64,000 bases of DNA, taken from assembly GCF_963921235.1 (NCBI RefSeq), contig NC_086108.1:86120001-86184000 (forward strand). The letters run 5' to 3'. The position numbers and the translations under genes are program-made. The notes beneath the pieces are model-generated. The model was not told the origin of the DNA and searched no databases. It was given only the letters and a program-made list of their open reading frames with translations. Shown one piece after another: positions 1 to 12,585 of the stretch (the stretch's first letter is position 1; every line of letters begins with the position of its first letter). The DNA comes from Mobula hypostoma. Lineage: Eukaryota.

Positions 1-339
1 GATCCCTGGTGGGATTGTTCACTGCCAGAGAGGAAAAGAGGCCTGCTGCTGTGCCTGGAGTATGTTACCCAGGTTTTTCTGCATTTTAGACGTGGACTTG
101 GACTATAGGTTTTTAATATTCTGTGTTTTTCACCCGATCTTTTTTGATTTTGTATGCAGGGGAGGGGGAATTCAGGGGTTAATGTGCCTGTTCCATTTTT
201 GTTCATTTTTTGTGCTGCAGTGATGGAGTTGGGTGAATGATGATCATGCTTCCATTGTTTTTTTTTCTTGATTTCGTGGCTATCTCGAGAAGAAGAATTT
301 CAGAGTTGTATACTGCGATAACAAATGAACCTTTGAACC
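1..339 (+). mobile_element. 3' part of non-autonomous Rex1-tailed retroposon (family X, copy A), cut by window edge
   Basis: Ends GAATTTCAGAGTTGTATACTGC..AAATGAACCTTTGAACC. Its reverse complement matches the end of the element at 21997-22100. Non-coding. Confidence 0.65.
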
Positions 340-1129
340 ATTTTTAGAGAATAAAGAATTCTTTAATGCACATCTCTGCTCCTTATTTCATTTTGTTCCC
401 AATAACTACAGGTCATAGGTTTCACCAGCTTGGTTTGATAATTGTAGAAATAGCCAGATCCTTTTTGAGGATGACATGAAGTGTGTAACTGCCATCAGGC
501 TAATGGGATTCACACCCAGGAGAGCCCAAGCCAATTTCCCAATAGTTGTTAATTGACCCAGAAATGATTACTATTGCAACCTAAAGTGAGCCAAACAGTT
601 TTTATGTGCAGTATGGGTCCAATTTATTGCAATTCAACTACTCCTGCACTCTGTTCATGCTGGGTGTATAGTGATAATATCTCTTCCTGGAACTTTAATT
701 TACTTCTAATGCATATGTGCACTGATGATGTGACCTGAGTTGTACAGAAGGAACCAGAAGGTATAAGTTTAAAGTTAAGAAGCCTTGTAGAAAAAACAAT
801 GTTTGCATAGAAATGATGCTGCACTCCAAAAATAAAGCATCATAAGGCTGGAAGAAGAATCATAGGTTTATCCGAATAGCTATGAAGTGAAATAATCAGT
901 GACATGATAGTCTGTGTACTGCTGATGAAAAGTGAGGGATAAATTTGTCCACAAAGAACCAGCAAACCAAGATTGAACTACAGAATGAAAATAAAAAGGA
1001 AATGCAATAAATTTGAAACAACAACCTAAATATAGACTTTATGCTACAGATAAATCAGTATTTGGAGAGATAAAAAGACAGGGTGAGATATGCTAGAAAT
1101 TTAAGCTACATTGTGATATTATGCAATAT

Positions 1130-4100
1130 AATCATAGTTATAGAGTCAGCACTACAACACAAAAATGGGCCCTTCCACTCATTAGTCCATGCTAAACCAT
1201 TAATCCGCCTAGTCCCATTGACCTGCACCCAGATCATAGCTCTCCATCCCCTTCCCTTCCATGTACGATCCAAATTTCTCTTAAATGTTGAAATCAAACC
1301 TGCATCCAACACTTGTGCTGACAGCTCATTCCACACTCTCACAACCCTTTGAGTGAAGAAGTGCTCCCTCATGTTCCCTTAAATATCTCACCTTTCACCC
1401 TTAACCCTTGACCACTAACTGTAGTTTCACCCAACCTCAGTGGAAAAAGCCTGCTTGCATTTACTCTATCGATACCCCTGATAATTGTGTATACCGCTAT
1501 CAAATCTCCCCTCATTCTTCTATGATCTAGGGAATAAAGTCCTAACTTATTTAACCTTTCCTTATAACTCAGATCCTCATGTCCTGACAACATCCTGGTA
1601 AATTTTCTCTGCACTTTTTCAATGTTATTAATATCTTTCCTGTAGGTAGTTGACCAAAACTACACACAATTCTCCAAATTATGCCTCACCAATATCTTAT
1701 ACAATTTCAACATAACATCCCAACCCCTGTGCTCAATACATTGATTTATGAAGGCCAAAGTGCCAAAAGCTTTCTTTATGACCTTATCTACCTGTGACGC
1801 CTTTCAAGGAATTATGGATCTGTATTCCCCAATTCCTCTATTCTACCGCACTCATCAGTGCCCTTCCGTTCACCTTGTAAGACCTACCCTGGTTGGTCCT
1901 TCAAAAGCGCAACATTTCATACTTGTCTGCATTAAATCCAATCTGCCCATTTCACCAGCAGATCCAGATCTCACTGAAAGCTTTAATAGTCTTCCTCACA
2001 GTTAACGACACCCTCAATCTGGGTGTCATCCAAAAATTTGCTGATGCAGTTTACTGGATTATCATTCAGATAATTGATATATTGTAGATCCAGCACCAAT
2101 CTCTGCTGAATACCACCGTCACAGGTCTCCATTAAGAGAAGCAACCATCTATGACCACTCTCTGGCTTGCCTCTGTAGCCAAAGTCTAATCCAATTTACT
2201 ACCTCATCTTGAATGCCAAGCAACTGACCTTCTTAACCAACCTCCCATACGGGACCTTGTCAAATGCCTTGCTAAAGTCCATGCAGACAGCATTCATTGC
2301 CTTGCCTTCATCAACTTTCCTGGTAACTTCCTTGAAAAATTTTATAAGATTGGCTTAGACCTGTAGCTCAGTATGTTTTAAATATCTCTGTTAGGGCTCA
2401 TGAAATTTCGGCACCTTGTCTGATAGAACAACCTCATGCCTCTTTTAGCCCTTCTGATTTTCTTCTTAAGTCTTCTCTTGCATTTTTTATACTCCTCAAG
2501 TACCTCATTTGTTCCTACCTGCCAATACCTGCTATGTACCTTCTACTTTTTCTTAACTGGGGCCTCAATGTCTCTTGAAAGCCAAGGTTCCCTAAACTTG
2601 TTATCCTTGCCTTTTATTCCGAAGAGAACATACAAACTCTGTACTGTCAAAATTTCACTTTTGGACGCCTTATACTTACAAAGCACACCTTAATCAGAAA
2701 ACAACTTGTCTCAATCTACACTTTCCAGATCCTTTCTGATACCGTCAAATCTGGCCTTTTTTCAATTTAGAATCTCAACCCGAGGACCAAAACTAATGGC
2801 ATCATGATCACTAGACGCAAAGTGTTCCCTTACACAAACCTCTCTCACCTACCTGTCTCTTTCCCTTATTGGAGATCTAGTATCACACTCTGTTTAGTTG
2901 GGATTTCTAGTACTGATTAAGGAAACTTCCCTGTACACATTTGTCAAACTCTTTCGCATCCCAGTATGGAGTCCCAGTTAATATGTGGAAAGTTAAGATC
3001 ACCTACTATAACAACCTTATGTTTCTTGCAACAGTCTGTGATCTCTCTACAAATTTGCTCCTCTAAATACCACCACTGTTGGATGGTCTAAAATATAATC
3101 CCATTAACATGGCCATACCTTTCTTATTCCTCAGTTCTACCCATAAAGACTCACTAGGTGAGTTCTGCAGTCTGTCTTGTCTGAGCTCTGCCATGATATT
3201 TTCCCTCACTAGTATCGCCACCCTTTCCCCTTTAATCCCTCCCGCTCTGTTATATCTAAAACAATGGAACCCCAGAACAATGAGTTGCCAATCCTGCCCT
3301 TCCTGCAACCAAGTCTCGCTAATGGTTACAATGTCATAATTCCACTTGCCGATCCATGCTCTAAGCTGATACGCCTTTCCTACAGTACTCCTTGCACTGA
3401 AATATACGCAAGTCAGAACATTAGTCCCACCATGCTCAACTTTTTGATTCCTGACTTTGAATGTAGGCCTAACAACATCTTTTGCCACAACCACTCCATT
3501 ATCTGTTCTGGGGCTTTGGTTCCCATCCCCCTGCAATTTAAATTTAAACCAGCCCAACCCTCACCCCAATACAATCCTGAGATCACAACCCTTGAGGTCC
3601 TGTCCTTTAACTTAGCACATAGCTCCTTGAACTCACTTTTCAGGACCTTGTCACCCCTCCTACCCATGTCATAGGTACTGATGTGGACCATGACCTCTGG
3701 CTGCTCACCCTCCCAATTAAGAATGCTGTCGATTCGATTCAAGATAGCCCTGGCCCTGGCTCTCTGGACCACATACCATCTGGGAATCTTGATCTTGTCC
3801 ACAGAACCCCCTTTCGGTTCCCCGACCAACAAATCCCTATCACTCCTGCTTGCCCCTTCTATCCCCTTCCCTTCTGAGCCACAGAGCCAGACTCAGTGCC
3901 AGGTACATGAACCTTTCCTCTGATAGGTCATCTCCCCTACACCCCCCCCCCCCCAACCTCTCCTCAACAGTAATCCAAACCAGTTGTTGAGGGGAATAGC
4001 CACAGGGGTACTCTGCACTGGGTGCCTATCCCCTTTCCCCCTCCTAACAGTAACCCAGTTACCAGTGTCCTGCACCTTAGGTGCAGCTACCTCCCTATAT

Positions 4101-4523
4101 GTCCTTCCTATCAGCCCCTCAACTTCCCGAACGATCTGGAGTTCATCTAGTTCCAGGTTCCATACCTTAACACGGTCTTTTAGAAGCTGCTGCTGGTGTG
4201 GGTGCAGTCATCAGGGACAGTGGGGGTCTTCCTGTTTTCCCACATCCCACAACATTCCACCATCCTGCCAGGCACCCCCACTGCTCTAAATATGCAAGAA
4301 GAAAGAAAGAGTAAATAACAAAAAAAATCTACCCACAGCCTATACCTCTCCTCACTGAAACTTCGATGAGTTAAAGCCTCAATTCCCCACTCAAACACCG
4401 GCCCACTCACACAATGGCTGCTCCGCTCAAACCTAACTTCTTTTTATTGGATCTTGCCAAGTACCTCAGTATACACAATCCAATATCTCCTCAGGAACTA
4501 TATTGTGCAAAATATGGGCAACA
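1130..4523 (-). mobile_element. CR1 LINE, 5'-to-3' span with internal deletions, degenerate
   Basis: Minus-strand ORF remnants: ORF1 N-terminus (MWENRKTPTVPDD), esterase-like segment (QPEVMVHISTYDMGR), APE endonuclease (YDIVTISETWL, LWVELRNKKG) and ORF2 C-terminus (QRKFTRMLSG, FFTQRVVRVWNEL). 5' UTR is homologous to 20595-20741. Confidence 0.9.
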
Positions 4524-4669
4524 TATTATTTCAGATTTTTAGCATTTGTAGATTATTTGATTTTCATAGCTGATTTCAGGTTGTTGGAGACTTATTGACA
4601 CTGCAGGGGAACTTTGGATTTGCCTAACCCAGCATCTCTATATTTAATTTGCCCTACTTCCTGACTTGC

Positions 4670-4975
4670 ATTCTTTTCAATGGGATGTTAAACTGAAACC
4701 CCATTGTTTTAGGGATGTTAGAGACCACATGAAACTGTTTTGAAGAACATGGGAGTTCTCCCAGCTGTCCTGGCTAATACTTACCTGCCAGTTTGTATCA
4801 CTTACACAGATTAGCTGGTCATTATCATGTTGCAGTTTGTGGCAGTTTGCTGTGTTCAGCTGAGCTGCTTGCTGCCTACAATTCACAGTGACAACACTAC
4901 AAAAGTACTTAGCTGGTGGGAAAGAGTTTTGGGATGTTGTTGAGTCACACAAAACACTTTAGATTTCAAGTATTC
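4670..4975 (+). mobile_element. Deu-domain SINE relic (SacSINE1/AmnSINE1-like)
   Basis: GGGAGTTCTCCCAGCTGTCCTGGCTAATA..CAGATTAGCTGGTCATTATCATGTTGCAGTTTGTGGCAGTTTGCTGTG..CAGTGACAACACTACAAAAGTACTT..TTTGGGATG resembles the DeuSINE core and tail as I recall it. Confidence 0.7.
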
Positions 4976-5010
4976 CCTTCCTTTATTGGAAACAATGGAT
5001 GAAGCATCTG

Positions 5011-6745
5011 GCAAGATGGCGACATCTTGCAGACAGCTCACAACCTTACTAGATACTCTCCTTCTCCTGAACTGTGATTGATTGGAGCCTGTAATTTCCC
5101 TTTTAAAGATTCCTGAGCTAACAAAATGATCTGGCATCTTTGCGATCTACTGAGGGATTCGGCATGGATGAGAGCTGTTACGAGAATACACATAAAATTA
5201 AGATGTTTGCTGTCCTGGGCTAGCATCAGTGGCATCAGCAGTTGGTCTGCCACCTGCCCTCAGGGGAAGGAGAGATAAGGAACAATGGAGCAGCGTCTGG
5301 AGATGTGTAATGAAGGGATGTGGGAGGGAGAGCTGTCTGGAGCGGCTCCCCCCTTTGAACCCTGAACTGTTTGAAGTGATGGACAGGCGATACCCCAGCA
5401 GGGGGATAAAAAGGGACAGGTTCGCTAAGGCAGGACACACGCCACCCGAGGTAACGAGACCCTGGAAGCGGTACGCTTCTCACGAGTGGGTGAGAAGTAC
5501 CAGACAACGACCAGGGTGGAAAGGTACGATCAGCGGGAACCCGGTGTGTGTCCGCCCTTGCCTGGGTGCTGGGTTCACTGCAGAGGATCGACCGCATCTG
5601 GAGGAGGGGTCACAGTCGGTGACCTCAGGTGACATCACCAAGGACCCGCCCAAAAGCTGTTTGTGAGCCATCTCGCTGGTCTGTGAGTGAAGCAGTGTTC
5701 TGAATGATCAGTTGTTCCTATTCTATCTCTCTCTCCCCCCACGTCGTCCCTCGCCATGGCAACGATTACTGCGAACTAACTGGACTGAACTTTGAGTCAT
5801 TTTGAAATTTGGTCATTTACCCCTAGACAACGATAGAGCTTGATTGATGCTGTTATCTTACTTCTGTGCACATGTGTGTTTATCATCAGTGAACTGTTGC
5901 ATTTATTATCCTTTCGATTACTGTGTTGCTTGTTTCTTTAATAAAACTTTCTTAGTTCTAGTACTCCAGACTCCAACTGAGTGATCCATTTCTGCTGGTT
6001 TGGCAACCCAGTTACGGGGTACGTAACAGAGCAGAGACTGCAGCTATGGCCATCACCAGGGGTGTACACTGCGTCAATTCCTAATGGTGGAACAGAAACT
6101 TGTGGGTGGCACCATTACTCCATATTGATTACAGCATTAAGCACTAGAATGAGAGAAAAACACCTGTTCAGCGCCGTCTACCTGCATTTGACTGGACTCT
6201 TCCCACTGCTGCTGGTGTGAGGAAGGTGGAGAAGTTTTGGATCCCTCAGCACCAGGTTCGGGAGCAGCTGTTGGCCTGCAGCTTTCAGGCCCCTGAACGG
6301 GCTTCACTCACCTCAGGGCTGAATGCGCTTCACAGCTGTGGACTCACTGTCAGGGACTCTGCAGTTCATGTGCCTTTGGTATCTCTTCACTTTTTTACTA
6401 TTTGCGCAATTTGATCAAGGCACAGTGCTGAACTAACTCTGCAGCTGTGGCCTGCAACCATGGGCACAGTGCTGAACTGATTACTGGACTGGCCTCGCTC
6501 TCTTCAGTGGCTCCATGACACTCGACTCATTTTCTGGAACTCTGCAGTCAATGTTACTTGCTTACTTTGTGTTGTTTGCACGATCTGTTCTTTTTCACAG
6601 ATTGGGTATTTGATGGTCTTGAGTGGGGTTTTCCTTTAAATGGGTTCTATTGTGTTTCTTTGCTTTGTGGCTGCCTGCCAGAAGACAAATCTCAAGGTTG
6701 TACACAATATACATACCTTGATAATAAGTGTACTTTGAACTTCGA
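5011..6745 (+). mobile_element. Non-autonomous Rex1-tailed retroposon (family X-like, copy C), interrupted by a solo LTR; may be composite
   Basis: Starts GCAAGATGGCG and ends AATCTCAAGGTTGTACAC..TTGATAATAAGTGTACTTTGAAC, the same tail type as the Rex1 fragments in this window. Confidence 0.5.
5176..6028 (+). mobile_element. Solo LTR (853 bp) of an LTR retrotransposon or ERV
   Basis: Termini TGTTACG...CGTAACA form a 7-bp inverted repeat. 4-bp TSD GAGC at 5172-5175 and 6029-6032. TATA-like GATAAAA near 5405, AATAAA near 5940. CpGs retained. Confidence 0.85.
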
Positions 6746-7363
6746 GCTTTAAGCAGACAAAACATTGCTTAGCTCTGTTAGTTCAATGTGCAGGCCAAAG
6801 GTTAATGTAAAATAGCCAATCAGTAGAGAACAAGAGAAGGGAGAGCAGTAAGTAATGGCTGTTTTGCAAAATCTTTCAGACTCTGCTTCATATTGGCCTT
6901 GCACATGTCCAATTTCAAATTGCTGAGGCCCAAGCAATACCCATAGTAATGCATTTGACACAGGTATTTGCCATATGTGTCTTGTTGCATTGATTGCAAC
7001 AGTCAGTTGCTATTTGAGTTGCAGAGAGTATATTGCAAACAAAAATAATTGAAACACTTAAAAACATACAGAACGTGTTCAGGTTCTGTGATGATTGAAT
7101 GTGGAAAATATTTGGAGCTCTGTCAATTACAGGTCATACAGTCAAGTCATAATAGTGCACTCAGCTGACATCTCCTGTTCATTTCACAGGAATTAAATAG
7201 AATAGCTCTGAAATGACCTTTCACACAGATTGATTTTTTTAAAGAATAGTTTTCTGTGACAGCCCTTTGCAATTTCATCTGTCAAAGTTTTGCGGCTACT
7301 TTATTTGCTATTCTAAAAACAGGGAAATGTTCATTTTCATTCTGGCCCCCTTAAGGAGGAAAT

Positions 7364-7805
7364 GGAGAGTCATAGAGCACTACAGCACAGAAACAGGCTC
7401 TTCAGCCCACCTAGTCCATGCCAAACTATTATCCTGCCTGTCTCATTGACCTGCACCAGGACCATATCCCTCCATACACCTTCCATCCATGTACTTACCC
7501 AAACTTCTCTTAAATTTGAAATCAAACTTACATCCACCTCTTCCATTAGCAGCTCGTTCCACACTCTCACCACCCTCTGAGTGAAGAAGATCCCCCCTCA
7601 TGTTCCCCTTAAACATTTCACCTTTCACATTTAACTCATGACCTCCAGCCTGTTTGTATTTACCTTATCTATGCCACTCATAATTTTGCATACAGCTATC
7701 AAATCTCCCCTCATTTTCAATACTTTAGGTAATAAAGTCCTAGTGCATTCAAACTTTCCCTATTAACTCAGGTCCTCAAGCACCAGCAACACCTTTGTAA
7801 ATTTT
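7364..7805 (-). mobile_element. CR1 LINE 3' fragment
   Basis: VRVWNELL and KGEMFKGNMRG motifs; similar to 1130-1610. Confidence 0.85.
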
Positions 7806-8689
7806 GAGGAGCTTTAATAAAGACTAAAAATTCTAAAAACATTTAGGGAACATTGTGAATTAACTTTTTGGGCTGATGATCTTTTATAATCTTTCGTTCG
7901 TGTAGCTCTGCCTTACAGCATGTAGAGGGTTAACATTTGTACGAATAAGAAGAGGAGTTGTAAAGATATGATAAGTAGCATTGAGGGTTAATGTACGAAT
8001 GAAGAGATTAAAATCAGGTGGTCACTGCCTTTTAGTTAATTAGCAATCAATCATAAGAGACTCTATCAGTAAATATGACAGGTGCGGTAATGCACCATTA
8101 AGCTGGATGCCAACTGCCGTAAAACAAGATACAGAATATGACAGTTAAAGTTGGGGCAGGGCAATATAATTCACTCTTTGACCAGTGAAGAAAGGATTTA
8201 GAGATTGTTTAGACATCAACTGGAACACAATGGAAACAAGGAGTGTGACCTCATCACCTGACAGTCAGTAATCAGGACTGAGATTGTGGAGAACTCCCAT
8301 GACTACAACAGATGTGACGGAAGCCAAGAAACCCATTTGTGAGGAACATTGATGTGGTAGCATTTGATCTCTTCTTGGTACAGTACTTAATCATATCAGT
8401 AGATCAAGTTTTGATAAGAGAATGCCTGAACATTGCAGATTTTATGCCATGCCTCTGATTATATGAAAAATTGCTGTAGTCAGTACAATGAACTGCTTTC
8501 TCCCACTTGCAAGGAAAAGACTGATGAAAATAAATATGCTTCAGTTAGACCTGAAGAATGGAGGGTGTGTGTGATTTTTTTTCTCTCTCTCTGTTCACCA
8601 AAACATACCTATCATGAGTCTCTCAGCTAATAGACAATGATTATTTTGTAATTACCTAACTAATTAAGTGCATAGGGTCACAATTTACA

Positions 8690-8830
8690 ACCATTCTGAT
8701 GAAGTATGATCAGACTGAAACACCAACTGGTTTTTTCTCTCTCTCTACAGCAGCTGGTTGATCTGCTGAATATTTTTAGCATTTTAGGTTTTTATGACAG
8801 ATTTCCGACATCTGTAGTTTTGTTCTGCCT
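8690..8830 (+). mobile_element. Old Penelope terminal-repeat relic with degenerate hammerhead motif
   Basis: CTGATGA-AGTATGATCAGACT-GAAA at 8696-8720, followed by a tail (GATCTGCTGAATATTTTTAGCATTTT..GATTTCCGACATCTGTAG) resembling the other Penelope termini. Confidence 0.55.
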
Positions 8831-9371
8831 TCAATCAAAATTTTTTTTGAATGTTTGGATTGCTGAAGTGGGAATGGCACCTTCAAATAAAGAGGGGATA
8901 TGGTCTTGAACACTGCAATATCCCTCCTTCAAGATTTACCTCCTGGACTTTGAGCTTTTTTGTGGCATTGCAACCTGATCCAAGCAACCACAGAACCTTC
9001 AGCAATGTAGAGTCAGAGAGGAGACACCAATCACACACATGCCAACCATCAGCTCTTTAAGCTGACATATGCTTTTCAGACCATGTGTAAGGCTGACAAC
9101 CTTTCATGGAAATTATTGGCTTCAGTTCACCAACTCCATTCACCCAACCCTCCTGTCTGGGATTAATGGTTGTTGAAGTGAACTAATCAGATCAGTTAGC
9201 AGATTGGATACTGCCAGCATCAACTGCTTCAGTTAAATGTGAACACTAACCAGGAGTATTAAAAGCTGAAGTGAGTATCTTAGCTGGTGATGTTTTTATT
9301 CAGTTTTTGCCCCTTAAGGAAATTATAAAGAAAGAATAGTTAATGAATCTAATTTTTAAGGATGTGTGTTT

Positions 9372-10167
9372 TTCCACAAAGGAATTGTTTGGACTGTGCT
9401 TGGTAGTTGTTATACACTACTTTATTTCTAAACCATTGGTTGCAATTTGTTACTTTGAGATGTACACTCTTATTAAGTATACCTAATCAGGCCACTTTAT
9501 TAAGTACACCTGTACACTTGTTAATGTAAATATCTAATTAGCCAATCTTCTGGCAGCAACTGAATGCATAAAAGCATGCAGACGTGGTCAAAAGGTTTCT
9601 TTGTTGTTCAGGCTAAATATCAGAGTGGGGAAAGAAATGTGATCGAAGTGACTTTGACCCTGGAATGATTGTTGGTGCCAGACAGGGTGGTTTGACTATC
9701 TCGGAAACTGGTGATCTCCCGAGATTTTCATACGTAACAGTCTTTAGAGTTTACAGAGAATGGTACCCAAAACACAAAAAAAAATCCAGTGAGTGGTAGT
9801 CCTGTGGGCAAAAATGCCTTGTTAATGAAAGAGGTCAAAGAATGGCTAGATTGGAAGGTGGCAGTAAACCAAATAACCACACATTGTAGCAGAGGTATGT
9901 AGAAGATGATATTGGAATGCACAACCCGTCAAACCTTGAAGTGAATGGGCTACAGCAGCAAAAGACCACAAACATACTCTGTGGTCAAGAGGTTATACAT
10001 TATGTCCAAGTGGTTCCTAATAAGGTGGCCACAGAGTGTATTTATTAAATGCAATTTAAAAATATCCTTTTTTCTCCACAGAGGAATTGTTTGGACTGTG
10101 CTTTCCTGTTGTTATATACTGTTATTTCTTCCAAACCGTTAGTTGCAATTTGTTCCTTTGAGATACA
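9372..10167 (+). repeat. Imperfect ~90-bp direct repeat (about 9372-9464 and 10073-10167) flanking a Tc1 derivative
   Basis: Both copies read TCCACA(A/G)AGGAATTGTTTGGACTGTGCTT..GTTGTTATA..GTTGCAATTTGTT(A/C)CTTTGAGAT. Confidence 0.8.
9465..10038 (+). mobile_element. Internally deleted Tc1-family DNA transposon
   Basis: TA-flanked, with ends CACTC...GAGTG and GGCCACTTTATTAAG / CTAATAAGGTGGCC. Encodes a remnant transposase N-terminal HTH (KCDRSDFDPGMIVGARQGGLTISETGDL..TVFRVYREW). Confidence 0.8.
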
Positions 10168-10954
10168 GAACATATCTCCTGAAAACACTATCTGCTCTTG
10201 CTTTATATTCTGCCCCACACGGTAGAGTTGTCATGATTGGAAGCAAAAGCAGATTTTTTTTACTTGGCAGCAAGTACAGAGTGTGAAACCCATGGAAGTT
10301 AACTGTACAGAGTGTCAAACAAAGAGCTGAAGTGCTGGAGACACAGAGGTAGAGTAATTATCATCAGGACTGAAAGTCTGACCTGCGGGCGCTCAGAGGC
10401 ATACTCCCACATCAACTGCACCTTTGGATACTTTGATCCCCTTGGTTTCTGTGAGCTAAAACAGCAAGAGGGTCGAAAATAATGTGTTCATACCCTTTTA
10501 AACTGCAGAGAGATGGCAGGTCGGTGGAAGTATGGCCTACAAAGCAATAGGATCAGTTCTGTCAACAATGACTGATGGCAAGTTCACTGGCTCTTTACTG
10601 ATGCAGTTGTGTGGTTGAAAGGGCTCTCTGACAGGTCTTATGTTTTTGTTACATTGGCAAATGTACATGAAGATCATCTCTCCAGAACATTAACTAAACT
10701 GAATTTTAATGTTAACTCACCCAGTCCCTATAAGGGTTTAGGGGAAGATATGACGGAGTCAGCAAAGAGCATAAGATTAAAGCCCTGTAATTCCAATTTA
10801 GCTCATTTACATGGAGATATGTAGGCTTATGATTTTGCTACTTTGCACCCTACTGGTTTACAGGTAGTGTGCAGGTAGATCTATAATCAAGCAGCATTGT
10901 ATTCCATTTGCTTAGGTGAGCATGGTTGCGATCTCTTTATTACCTTGTAGAAAC

Positions 10955-11320
10955 TAGAACAAAGAGCAGAGAACATTACAGCACAATACAGTCCTTCAGC
11001 CCTCAATGTAGTGCCAATCTTTTAACCTACTCCAAAATCAACAACCCTAACCAACCACATAGCTCTCCATTTTTCTATCATCCGTGTGCCTGTCTAAGTC
11101 TCTTAAACATCTCTAATGTGTCTGCTTCTACCAACACCCTGGCTGTGCATTCCAAGCACCAACCATTCTTTGTGTTTTTTTTAAAATCTGAACTCTGACA
11201 ACTCCTTGCAGGTTTTTCCAATCACTTAAAAATTATGTTCGCTTGTATTAGTTATTTCTAACTGGGATATAGTCTTTGGCTGTCTCCTTGATCTATGCCT
11301 CTTTTTATCTGATACACCTC
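10955..11320 (-). mobile_element. Degraded CR1 3' fragment
   Basis: AGAACATTACAGCACAATACAGTCCTTCAGCCC..GTGCATTCCAAGCACC matches the reverse of the CR1 3' end seen elsewhere in the window. Confidence 0.65.
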
Positions 11321-11879
11321 TTTTTAATAATTTTTAATTATTAAAAATTATAAAGCCACCATTATAAAGCAACTCTCCATGACTGTTCCAGTGGACTCTA
11401 TCTTTGTGCATTACATTGTGTATTTCCAATGGCAATATAAAGTGGTTTTTCTTTATCAATAGAAAATGAACAATAATTATGTGAACAAAAGAACAAATTA
11501 GAATTGCTGATGATAATGACAGCAATTATTCAGTGCCTCTATTGATATTTCCTTGTCTGTTATTTTGATCAGGTGTTCAGCAGGCATTGACAGTGGCAGA
11601 GGGAGTGGTGGGGTAGGATCCATGCTAAGTTTGGAGCCAGAGATGAGGTACAAGATGGGCTTAGTGCACACGCAGGCTCAGGCACTGGAGACTGATGAGC
11701 AGTCAGGAAGAGAGCAAGGTGAAGGGAAAGGGCCCCGATCTTAAAGCGATGCTGTCAAGTGTTGTGCCAACTGCTTTGCTATGGTGCTGCCCCCTAAAGC
11801 TTAGCAAGGATTGTACTTATCAGCTTGCCACACTTCCTGTGCCAACTTGGCATGCACACAGCTCACTGATCATAACTGT

Positions 11880-12040
11880 ACGTCTCTGGTGCTCTGGTTC
11901 CTTCCCACATTCCTCTCTCTCTGCAACCACTTGGGTTTCCTCTGAGTGCTCCAGTCGACCATAGGATTAGTGTAAACAGGTGGTTGATAGTCAGCTTGGA
12001 CATGGCGGGTGAAGGGTCACATTCCATGACTTATAACTCT
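11880..12040 (+). mobile_element. V-SINE (HE1-like) fragment
   Basis: GGTGCTCTGGTTCCTTCCCACATTCC and TGGGTTTCCTCTGAGTGCTCC V-domain-like motifs, plus a CR1-like tail. Confidence 0.5.
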
Positions 12041-12391
12041 TTGGTGCGTGTGCGCACACACCAATCTGTGAGCAAGCAATTCACCTTGCGGATGCTAATG
12101 GCACTGGCATGCATGCCCAACTTTGAGTGATCATTTTTATCTATGCAAGAGAGTCAAGACTCTAGTTACCTCAAAACCTCTTCTCACTGGAGCCTGTGTG
12201 GTAACTGGTATGACAGGATGATCCCACATTGAAAGATACCATTCCAGGCAACTTCCACTTCAACATATAGGGTCTGGATCCTGGAATATCAGTGACTTTC
12301 ATAGAATTCCTGGGTGTCAAAATCTCTGAAGGTCTATCCTGAGCCCAATATACTGAAAAAATTATGAAGAAGACAAGTCAGTGGCTATATT

Positions 12392-12531
12392 ATGAGTCCT
12401 GATGTAGGGTCTTGGCCCGAAATGTCGACTGTACCTCTTCCTAGAGATGCTGCCTGGCCTGCTGCATTCATCAGCAACTTCTATGTGTGTTGCTTGAAAT
12501 TCCAGCATCTGCAGATTTCCTTGTGTTTGCA
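12392..12531 (+). mobile_element. 140-bp Penelope terminal-repeat-only insertion with degenerate hammerhead
   Basis: 8-bp TSD GCTATATT at 12384-12391 and 12532-12539. Motif AGTC-CTGATGT-AGGGTCTTGGCCC-GAAATGTC-GACT at 12395-12430. Closely similar to the end of the Penelope element at 61857-61955. Confidence 0.85.
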
Positions 12532-12585
12532 GCTATATTTCATTAGGTGTTTGAAGAGAGTTGGTATGTCACCAAGGACTGTAGC

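Noticed and set aside
5198..5671. Overlapping 63-145 aa ORFs
   Set aside because: They lie inside the solo LTR and look like GC-rich artefacts with no protein motifs.
6419..6478. 16-bp direct repeat GGCACAGTGCTGAACT with a spacer, CRISPR-like
   Set aside because: Only two units in a eukaryotic repeat with no cas genes; a local duplication.
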